A DNA stretch of 64,000 nucleotides from NCBI RefSeq assembly GCF_036588685.1, contig NC_086374.1, positions 13,454,001 to 13,518,000 on the forward strand. The letters run 5' to 3'. The first letter of the stretch is position 1. Every line of letters starts with the position of its first letter. This document shows positions 10,745 to 22,700 of the stretch, piece by piece. Under the pieces are notes generated by a model. That model saw only the letters and a program-made list of their open reading frames with translations. It was not told where the DNA came from and did no database searches. Source of the stretch: Mytilus trossulus. Taxonomy: Eukaryota. Both the position numbers and the translations under genes were made by a program.

Positions 10745-13700
10745 ATGGTGTCGAAAAGACTTGGACGCATTACGTGGCTATTATTTTTGTCTCACATATG
10801 GATAGCTAAGAGCTGGGATACTGATGATCTTGAACTTTTTGATCTGGTTGAAGAGGTCAACCGAAACTTCTATGAAGTTTTAGGCGTAGACCAGGTATTG
10901 TCACAAATTTAACATTATATTGTGATTACCATAAGGTAATTTTGTCCATTTGGGTGATCCTTTTCGGAATTTTGTTTCTGGAGCGATTAAAAGTGATTAT
11001 TTTTGCTTCTTTAAAAGAAATTTGCAAAATGGAAAATGCAAAAAATGAAAAAATGAAAAAATTTGCGTCCCCTCCCCCTTAAAAAAATGATGGTGGCCAT
11101 ACACCTTATCGCCATTTCAGCATTTGTCTGCCATTGTATGTATGTATGTACGAAGATCCCTCTGTGAGCGGAGCACCCCTCGATTGTTGCGAGGGTACAG
11201 TGGAATCTGTGTACACTCCCTATCAGGATTAATGGAGATGTGTCACTAACTTATATACTTCTACTTCTATGTGGTTAATCTGCAGTTGGAAAATCCATAA
11301 CGCAAATATACTGTGCGCGTGTGTCAACCAGTACACGCCAAGTTAAAAATAACACAAACTTTGTGTATTTACAGGAACAAAAACAAATCAAATTATGTGA
11401 TGTTTGCAACAACTGTACAGGGTTAAAATCAGGCATCAATAGTTACGCCAGGAACTGCCACACACAGACCCGGAAGGCGACTGTTGTGGGAGCTTGGATG
11501 GCACTTTCAGGTAGTTGGTTCCAGTCAACAATTGTTCTTGGGATGAAACTGTATTTATACGCATCCATTGAAGTGCTGACTCTGGAAAACCTGTCTCTGT
11601 GGTATTGTCGGGTTGTTACAGTTGGTCTTCTGATGTAATCTGGAATAATGACTGATGCTTCTCCATATAGGATCTTATAAAGGAGTATGAGTCTGGCTCC
11701 TTGTCTGCGTGTTGCTAGTGTTGGCCAGCCAAGTGTCTGTAGGATGTTGGTTACAGTTCCTGGTTCCCGAGAATAAGTTGATGTTACAAATCGGGCAGCA
11801 CTTCGTTGTACCATCTCGATTTGGTTAATATGGCACTTTTTATATGGGTCCCACACTGCAGATGCATACTCAAGGTGTGGTTGGACTAATGTTTTGTATG
11901 CACTCTCTTTTATGTCTTGTGGGCACTTATTTAAGTTCCTCCTTAAAAATCCAAGTGTTCTGTTGGCTTTTGATGTTGCTTTTGTTATATGATGGTCCCA
12001 ATTCATGTCCTCTGATAGTTCTAAGCCGAGGTATGGGTAGTGCTGAACAGTTTCCAGGTAATGCCCCATCATATGGTAGTTGTGAACGACAGGGTTGCGT
12101 TTTCTGGTTACCCTAAGGATGAAACATTTTGCTGGATGGAATGTCATCTGCCAGCGTCTTGCCCATTCTACCAGTTGCGTAAGGTCTTGTTGTAGCTGCT
12201 GGCATGTACCTGAGTTGTGGACGCTTCTGTACAAAAGGGAGTCATCAGCAAACAGTCGTAGACTGGTACATGGCCATGGCCACCACCAGGACAATTCCAA
12301 ACCCAATACAGAGGGAGTGTTAGGAGACACAGGGAAGTCTGTTATTATGGTGAATGAAACTGAAGAACCTCGTGGAAAACCACTGGGCTTCTTGGCGGGA
12401 ACAGACAAACTGAAGAGATATCTATATAGATTGATCTCCAGGTCAAAGTCGGGGACCACTTTGACCAACCATGGCCCCCAAAGTACCCATTCTAGTTTAA
12501 TCTCCGGTCTAGGTCCCAGAGATGTGTGTGGGAGGATGAAAATCACCCTACTAATGGTACTGAATTTCCAGCGCCCCGAGTCAGGATCGAACCCGGGACC
12601 TTCAGCACTGCAGCCATCAGTCTAAACCACTAGGCCATGAACCAACATTTAGAAAACTGGTCATCAAAAGGCTCCACGTACAGTTTTGACATCACATTCA
12701 AAATATATGACTTCACAATTGAAAAGTAATTGTACAGTTGCTATATGACGTCAATAGATTTAATGGCACAGATTTTTAAATAATGATTCATGTAAAATGT
12801 ATTGGCCTTGCCAATTAGTGGTTGCCATACTTAAATCTGATATCGTGTCTGTTCGGTCCCATACAGGTTAGCAATCTACACATTCGACCCCTGAGTTTAT
12901 TCATACCCAATTTTTATTCAAGGATATTTGGAATGATTAGATGCATACCTGCCAACTTTTAAAAATGCCCACGGGGGTTTAAGGGTGCGACAACAATTTC
13001 AAAGGTTACAATTCTTTGCGACGACTTTGTTGCACGTGCTGTTTTGTAGTCTAGAAAAAGTGTCATATTTGTAAGATGAGCTTACATGCCTTTTTCTTAA
13101 GTTTATTTGCATGATTCTAGTTATTATATCAGCAGAAAATATGAACATGTAGCTGTAAGACCAGGAATTATTTTCATGTGTAAGGATACTAAATAGTTGT
13201 TGACTTTTCCAATTTAAAATTATACACAAAGAAGGACCTTTATCAAGTTAGGAACAACACCTAGGGATCCCCTCTCAATGTTAGGACATTAAAAACCACT
13301 TTTAAGTACATCTGATGTCTTGAAGGATGTATACATGTACAACAAATTCAATTATGAATCAAAATATATTTTCATGACTAAAAAGTCATATATTTTTTTA
13401 ATTTTTTTTTGAGGGTTGGGGGGATTTGATAGTGCAGGTAAATTTTTGTAGAGGTAGTCTATCGCCCTATTGAGTTATATATAATGTATATTAGACATCT
13501 AGAATATTTTTTGCCTATCATATAATTTTAAAAGTAATGGTATAATTTAACAGTTCAATAACATTTAAAAATAATAAATGGCTATGAGTATGAAAGGATT
13601 ACTAGGTTTATCAACCATATTCCTAATAATTTCCTCAGCGGATTGAATTGGGAATCATTATTGACTGCTTCTGGAAACTCTCACATGCTTTTCAATTAAT

Positions 13701-16700
13701 TTCTGTGATGTTTATCATGCATTTCTGGAAATTTGTTTGAAAACTACAACACAGTGTGGTTTTACCGCAAGTGATTTTATACTTTTAACAAAATTGTTGA
13801 GGAGCAATCATGAATTAAGATTCAACATGTTTTGAAAGACATAAACTAGATGAATGATAATTGTTGAACAATGAGTTAAGAAATTTTGTATTTGGTTGCC
13901 TGTAAATCATTATCTTAAAGTTCAAAGAAAGACAAAATTTTAATAGTTCTTGACTGTATTTCTTCTGCTGAAGTATATGATAAAAAGATCATTACATGTC
14001 ATTTTTCATAACAGACCCTTTATTGGCCCTGGTTCATGATATCATGACCTAGGTCCGATAAAGGGTCTGATATGAAAAATGCCATGTAATAACCTATACA
14101 TATAGTATAAAGTATACAGCAATTTTTGAAAGCTTTGTGCAATAGATTTTTATGCTTAGTTCATGAGACAAAAATTTGAACTTTAATCAGAGGTGGATTT
14201 AAGGGCCCCCCTCCTTTTCTGGGCAAAATTTGGTTGATTCTGTAGGGAATCACTGAAGCATGATCGGAGCAGGCCCCCTCTTAGGCAGTCAGTGGGCTCC
14301 CACTCATGAAAATTTCTAGGTCCACCACTGCTAATTAACAATGTAGTAACACACCAGAGAAATTCTGTTATGGCATGTTTTGACCTCTCAAAACTAGAGA
14401 ATTTAAGATTGATTTTTTTAATAACTTGTATAGGTAAATTTTGATAGAAGATTTAGGGTAGCTAAATCAAACCTTGAAAATAAAATCAAAATTTTATAAA
14501 TTTTACCTATACTTCTACATGTTCTAGTAGATATTACTTGAAGTAAATAAAAATGACTAGACATCATAGGAAAGGTGTGCTGATGTAAGTGGTCCCTTAA
14601 CACATTAAGTCAAAATGTTAAATAAAAATGACTAATTGGAGAACATATCAAACTTTTTTTCCAAACTGATCCTTACCTTGATCCTTTGATGAAAACAACT
14701 TGTCTCTTTGTAAAATTATTAATTTCATCTTTATCTGGTGCTCTTCATTGTATATCTCTTTAAAGTAAAACTTAATTTAAAACTGGACATTGTAAGGAAT
14801 ACAATATAGTATAGACACTGTATTTTAATATATTTTGTGACACTCAGTTCCCCTATAACATGTTGACGTGATGAGTAATAGCTGTTACTACCTCAATGTT
14901 TGTGTTAGAGATTCCAAAATATCAAGTATTATCCTAGGAATAATAACAATTAACTGATGGTAAAGTGAGGAAACTCAAGACTTTCCCCTGAAGAAACAGT
15001 GATTGATTACAGCACATGGCACAGGAGTTGTTACATGTAGTTGTAAGTAAGTAAAGTAAATATATCTGTGGTGGAATTTCCCTGATTTTTATGCAGATTA
15101 TTAGTGTTGATATAAGTGAATTTTACTTTATTTTTAGGCTGCAAGTAGCTCAGAAATCAGAAAGGCCTACAGAAAACTTTCCTTGCAGCTTCATCCAGAT
15201 AAAAACAAGGACCCGGATGCTGAAGCCCAATTTAGACAGGTAAATTAGTAAATGATTACTTTGGGAACATTGTAGATGATAACTACAATGTAAATAAATG
15301 TAGCTACAAAACCATTTTAACAAGGCAGTCAAGTTCCAGCATATTCACTTATGTTTTCATCAAGTAGCTGTGGTGTTATTTTAGTCATTATATTATGATA
15401 CATATACTTATAATACACAAAATATTGATAACAGAATATATATTGTTATCAAAAACAGCAATTGTTGCTGCATGTGTTGTCCAGTTATGATATGAAAGTG
15501 TATGTGAAAAATATGTAATTAAATTCCAGGTTTACGAAGAAAAAACTTTTAATTTCTTATGTTATTAAGGTGGTATGGGTGTCTTTCGCCATCTTGGATT
15601 GTAAAAAACAGAGAATCTAAGGTCCATATTTTCTATCAATATAGCAAAATTTGATGCAGGAATGCAGATATTTAATGTGAATTTTCGTTTAAAAGAATCA
15701 ATTTATAAGAATATAACTTAGAAATAAAAATATTTTTACAAGTGTAGATTAGTTTTGGTTGTTTTTGAATATTTTCAAATTGGCATTTTAAGGGGAGGTA
15801 ACTCTAAAACAGTGCATTTTCTGAAGGAATCTACATGAAATTTTCCTATTTTGTCTTTTAGCCGAAAAAAACGTACGGTGACCCTATCTTTTCTTTTGAT
15901 TTTCTCAAAGCATTGTCTGAAAGCAATCTTTTCCTAATTTATTTTACAATTCTATCATTTTGTTTAGTTTCTATTCACAAAATGGTGTTTTTTCCTGTAT
16001 AATCCATACAAAATTTGTCATTTTGTCACAACCTGTATCTTGAGAAAATGTGCGGTGACCTATCAGTTTTATACGACCGCAAATTTTGAAAAAATTTTCG
16101 TCGTATATTGCTATCACGTTGGCATCGTCGTCGTCGTCGTCGTCCGAATACTTGTTTTCGTACTCTTACTTGAGTAAAAGTGAATATAAATCTATAAAAT
16201 TTTATCACAAGGTTTATGACCACAAAAGGAAGGTTGGTATTGATTTTGGGAGTTTTGGTCCCAACATTTTAGCAATTAGGGGCCAAAAAGGGCCCAAATA
16301 AGCATTTTCTTGGTTTTCGCACTATAACTTTAGTTTAAGTTAATAGAAATCTATGAAATTTTGACACAAGGTTTATGACCACAAAAGAAAGGTTGGGATT
16401 GATTTTGGGAGTTTTGGTTTCAATAGTGTAGGAATTAGGGGCCAAAAAAGGGCCCAAATAAGCATTATTCTTGGTTTTCGCACAATAACTTTAGTTTAAG
16501 TAAATAGAAAATAATGAAATTTAAACACAATGTTTATGACCACAAAAGGAAGGTTGGTATTGATTTTGGGAGTTTAGGTCCCAACAGTTTAGGAATTAGG
16601 GGCCAAAAAGGGACCCAAATAAGCATTTTTCTTGGTTTTTTGTACCATAACTTTAGTATAAGTAAATAGAAATCTATGAAATTTAAACACAAGGTTTATG

Positions 16701-19700
16701 ACCATAAAAGGAAGGTTGGTAATGATTTTGGGAGTTTTGGTCCCAACAGTTTAGGAATAAGAGGCCCAAAGGGTCCAAAATTAAACTTTGTTTGATTTCA
16801 TCAAAATTGAATAATTGGGGTTCTTTGATATGCCGAATCTAACTGTGTATGTAGATTTTTAACTTTTGGTCCCGTTTTCAAATTGGTCTACATTAAGGTC
16901 CAAAGGGTCCACAATAAAACTTCGTTTGATTTTGACAAAAAATTAGTCGGTTGGGTTCTTTGATATGCTGAATCTAAAAATGTACTTAGATTCTTGATTA
17001 TCGGCCCAGTTTTCAAGTTGGTCCAAATTGGGGTTTAAAATTAAACTTTGTTTGATTTCATCAAAAATTGAATAAATGGGGTTCTTTGATATGCCAAATC
17101 TAACTGTGTATGTAGATTCCTCATTTTTGGTCTTGTTTTCAAATTGGTCTACATTAAAGTCCAAAGGGTCCAAAATTAAACTTAGTTTGATTTTAAAAAA
17201 AATTTAAAACTTGGGGTTCTTTGATATGCTGAATCCAAACATGTACTTAGATTTTTGATTCTAGGCCCAGTTTTCAAGTTGGTCCAAATCAGGATCTAAA
17301 ATTATTATATTAAGTTTTGTGCAATAGCAAGTCTTTTCAATTGCACAGTATTGTGCAATGGCAAGAAATATCTTATTGCAAAATATTGTGAAATAGCAAT
17401 TTTGTTTTTAATTACAGTTATCTTTCTTTGTCCAGAATAGTAAGCAAGAAATATCTAATTGTAAGATTTTTTTTTATTTGGAGTTATCTTTCTTTGTCCA
17501 GAATCAACTTAAATCTTTTTTATATATACAATATACAATGTATATTCACTTTTTACTCCCAACTGATAAATTAAAATAATCTTTACCATTCAGTGATAAC
17601 AAGCAGTTTTTTTACAGCTTAATATTTTATGATGTATTTAAATGAGTAGTAATTGTTGCAAACTCCATTAGAAATTTTAATTGAGATTAGTTTTGGAATA
17701 AGGGAAAGGGGGATGTGATTAAAAAAATTGGGTCCAATTTTCTCATTTGAAATTTCATAAATAAAAAGAAAATTTCTTCAAACATTTTTTTGAGAGGAAT
17801 AATATCCAACAACATAGTGAATTGCTCTAAGAGAAAACAAAAATTTTAATTTCATTAGAACACATTCATTCTGTGTCAGAAACCTATGCTGTGTCAACTA
17901 TTTAATCACAATCCAAATTTAGAGCTGAATCCAGCTTGAATGTTGTGTCCATACTTGCCCCAACCGTTCAGGGTTAAACCTCTGCGGTCGTATAAAGCTA
18001 CGCCCTGCGGAGCATCTGGTTATAATAGTTTTGAACAAGTATCAATAGATACTACATTTTGACAAAGTATGAACAAATTCTATCATTTTTATTTTAGACT
18101 CCCATACCACCTTAAATATTTAGTTAAAAAAATAATTTATAAAAAATAAACTCAAAGGTTAAAATAATTTATATTATAACACAAAGGTTCATATGTTATT
18201 TATTCATGTAATTACATGTAATGTTGAAACATATTGTTTTAGTTTTTTAATTAATACATTAGTCATTGATTTTTATGGTGACAGATTGGATTGTTATAAT
18301 ATATGTACATGTCTATTAACAAGAATTTCTATTTATATCAGCTTATTAGATTAGTATGAAAATATCCATAAATTTTCCTGATTTAAAAAAAAATATTTTC
18401 CAACTTTTTTTGTTTTCTATAAACATCAAGTATGAAGATCATATGAACTATATATTATAATAGTATTAAGTTTAAGTAGAAAATCTACAAAAAAAATGGT
18501 TGTATATTGGTATCATGTAGGTGGCAGCTGCGGCATCGTCCAAAGATGGATGGTTTCCAGATAATAACTTTAGTATAAGTAAATAGAAATCAAAATTTTT
18601 TTAACACAATTTTTTAACCACAAAAGGAAGGTTGGGATTGATTTTGGGTGTTATGGTTCCAATGGTTTAGAAATAAGGGGGCCAAAGGGGCCCAAAACAA
18701 GTATTTATCTAGTTTCAGGACAGTAAGTTGTTTATAAGTATTTCAATTGCTCTGATATTGTACCACAATGTTCATACCATAAAGTAGAAAGTTTTCAGGG
18801 TTATGGGACGAACAGTCTAGGAATTAAGGGCCAAAAAGGTCCCAAAAACAAGCATTTTTGTAGTTTCAGACAATAACTTATGTATAACTGTATGGATCTC
18901 TCTGACATTGTATCACAAGGTTCCATATAACATAGGGAAGGCTTTGATTTTGTTTGGGGTTAATATCCCTGAACATTGAGGAAAAAAGGGCCAAAAAGAA
19001 GCATTTTTCTAGAATACAGGCAATAACTTGGGTTTAAGACTTTAAGTGAGTGGATCTCTCTGAAATTATGCTACAAGGTTTCTTATTTACATAGGAAATG
19101 CTGAAATTGAGTTTTGGGGTTCTTGCTCTAAGATTTGAGAGAGGTTTCAACAAGTGAGGGGTAAAAAAAGGGCCCCAAATAAGCATGTAGTTTTCAGTCA
19201 ATAACTTGTGTTTAATTGCATAAATCTCCCTGTTTTTATACCACAAGTTCCATACTACAAAGGGATTGTTATTGGGGGTTATGGCTCAAATCATTAAGCA
19301 ATTAGGGGCAAAAAAGAGGGAAATCAAGGGGTTTTCTGGTTAAAGGACAATTTAGACAATTTAAAAGCAGTGTAAGGGAGGTAATGCAATTAAAATTTAA
19401 AGAATACTGTCATATATATATGTTTGATTACTTGATTACCTCCCATACACTGTTTGTTTTCAAAAGTTTAAAGAAGAAATCTTCAATTGCACAGTATTGT
19501 GCAATAGATTTGTTAAATCTTTGACCACATTTATATTGTGACAAAAACCTATATTATGTCAAAACTTTTATCACAATCCAAATTCAGACAGTATCAACCT
19601 TGAATATTGTGACCAAATTTGCCCCAACTGTTCATGGTTAGACCACTGCGGTTGTATAAAAGTGCACCCTGTGGAGCACATGGTTTACTCATGGTATTAT

Positions 19701-22700
19701 GGGAAAACAGTTGAATTCCTAATGGAATTTATAACATTTAAATCTTAAGTTCCTTAAAGTCTGATTTCTAATCTGTGTACTGCAAAGGTCTTTTATATAT
19801 GACAAAGGTTTTCATATTAAACTTAAAGTGACTTATATTTTCATCTAGCTTGTTGGTGTGTATGAAGTGCTCAAAGATGAAGAAAAGCGTAAGAGGTAAG
19901 AAAACTTCAGAAATTTAATTTCAGAATTTTAATGCTTTTTTAGCTCACCTGGCCCGCAGGGCCAAGTGAGCTTTTCTCATCACTTGGCGTCCAGCGTCGA
20001 TAACTTTTACAAAAATCTTCTCCTCTGAAACTATTGGGCCAAATTAAACCAAACTTGGCCACAATCATCATTAGGGTATCATCTAGTTTTAAAATGTGTG
20101 GCGTAACCCGCCAACCCACAAATATGGCCGCCATGGCTAAAAATAGAACATAGGGGTAAAATGCAGTTTTTGCCTTATAACTCAAAAACCAAAGCATTTA
20201 GAGCAAATCTAAAAAGGGCCAAGTGAGCTTTTCTCATCACTTTGCGTCCAGCGTCCGGCGTTAGCTTTTACAAAAATCTTCTCATCTGAAACTACTGGGC
20301 CAAATCAAACCAAACTTGGCCACAATCATCATTTGGGTATCTAGTTTAAAAATGTGTGGCATGACCAGCCAAACCAACCAAGATGGCCGCCATGGCTAAA
20401 AATAGAACATAGGGGTAAAATGCAGTTTTTGGCTTCAAACTCATAAACCAAAGCATTTAGAGCAAATCTGACAGGGGGTAAAATTTGTTTATTAGGTCAA
20501 GATCTAGCTGCCCTGAAATTTTCAGATGAATTGGACAACCTGTTGTTGGGTTGATGCCCCTGAATTGGTAATTTAGGGAAATTTTGCTGTTTTTGGTTAT
20601 TATCTTGAATTTTATTATAGATAGAGATAAACTGTAAACAGCAATAATGTTCAGCAAAGTAAGATTTACAAATAAGTCAACAAGACCAAAATGGTCAATT
20701 GAGTCCCTAAGGAGTTATAATTGTCCTTTATAGTAAATTTTTAACAATTTTCATAAAATTTGTAAATTTTTAATAACATTTTCCACTAAAATTACTGGGC
20801 CAAGTTCATTATCTATAGAAATAATTGTAAGCAGCAAAAATGTTCAGTAAAGTAAGACATCACCATCACCGAAACACAATTTTGTCATGAATCCTTCTGC
20901 ATCCTTTGTTTAATATTCACAAAGAACAATACATGAGCGACACAGACTTCAGAGCCTCTAGTTTAGATATGTAAACTATTCTGGATTTTTTTATTAGACA
21001 TGAACAGAAGCTTCTTACAATCAAAAGATAGTACTGAATATTTTTTTTTCACAATTTTGTTGAGCCTGCGATTAACAGCAAAAGTAGGCGAGATACTGGG
21101 TCCATGGAACTCTTACGATTTTTTTTTGGTTTATTTATTGAGGTGTAAAAGCATTAACCAAAGTTCATTTTAAATGAAGCCCAGAAGATCATAAGATTAT
21201 CCAGGAGTAAATTTGGAAAAAAAAATCCTGGTTATCTGTATTTTACTTCTAAATGGACCTAGGTTTTCTGCAAGTTAACATAACATTCACTTTGTGGTTA
21301 AAGTTAACTTTCTTAAAATATTCTGTATGTGTATCCAAACTTGTTTATCCGTATTTTATCTTTTGTCTTCAGTATATTATTTGTTTTGGTTCGCTTTAGG
21401 TATCATCTTGTCCTTGAAAATGGGTTACCAGATTGGAGACAACCTATATATTACTACAGACGAGCTCGTAAGATGGGAATGTTTGAGTTACTGGGATTAT
21501 TATTTAGTATTCTTACTCTTGGTCATTACATTGTTTTATGGGCTTCATATGCAGAAAGAAAATTTACAGTCGTAAGTAGCATCCTTGTTAATGTACATGT
21601 TTTTGGATATCACAGATTAACTAACAAACTTGACACAGAATTGGCAGTGAATAATTGAATTAGCTTTGATGATACCAAACGAATGCAACTTTATTTTTAA
21701 TCACAAGGAAAGAAGAGAAGAAAGCAAACATTACAGCAATTTATAATTTATATTCTGTTTTTAAAGTTAGAAACCAAACAAAAGACTTGACTACCGGTAT
21801 CTATTTGGATTCTGATTTAAAATTATCTGAAGTGTAAAAAGCATAATTAATGTGTCTTATGAGTAAAACTGTTTAAAACTTAAACTATGATGAGTTTATC
21901 CTTTTCACCAATGTTCACACCACTGATATTTTATTCAACATTGTAATGTACAAATATTTCTGTTATATGCCTGTAAATGTACAAAAAAAAAGGTCCTATC
22001 ATATGTTGTTGGGTAGCAAAAAATTTATGTGACAGTTATTGGGCTAAATTACAGAATCGTAACTGTATAAAGCTGCAAGATTGATTATTTTCGTGTTTAC
22101 CTATTAATAGTTTATTTGTTTTATACTGTATTGGAGAGTTTATACTTTTAATGCTTCTATATCTTGGTATATAAATAAAGGCATGCACATCATACGTATG
22201 TAACTCTTTGGTTGAAATCTTTTTATTTCCTGTTGTAGTCTGAAAACTTCACTGATAGAATGAAGAAAATGGAATCAAAGAATAGAAAAATCCGAGGGAA
22301 ACTTGAAGATCAGATTGAGGAGGAGATGGAATTAGCCCTTCAGTTAGTTCCTAGACCAACATTGTCAAAGCTATGGCCAGTTAGACTTACTTTAGCAATA
22401 ATCAACCTTATAAGGATTTCCCCTACGCTAATAAGACAACTAGTAGAGTATATAAAACACAGACAAGAATTAAAGAAGATAGAAGAACAAGAATCTGAAG
22501 AGGAAGAGGAGACTGATGGTAAGATTTTTATATACGAGATATTACTAAAAAAACACAATAATTACTGAAAAAGAAGATTTTATTTCATTAATTGGTAATT
22601 TTAAAATTTAAAGCTAGACCTGAACAGATTAACTTCATGAACTTTGTTTAGGTAAAAAAAGCCATATGTGCTGTCTGAAGTTCTTTAGGGACTACAGAAT

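Noticed and set aside
12095-12625. 176-aa plus-strand ORF as a gene
   Set aside because: It is antisense to the retroelement, has a non-ATG start and shows no recognisable domain.
12570-12644. Functional tRNA-Cys gene
   Set aside because: A and B boxes are present, but the acceptor and anticodon stems do not pair convincingly and the sequence runs straight into a retroelement body, so it is treated as a SINE-like head.
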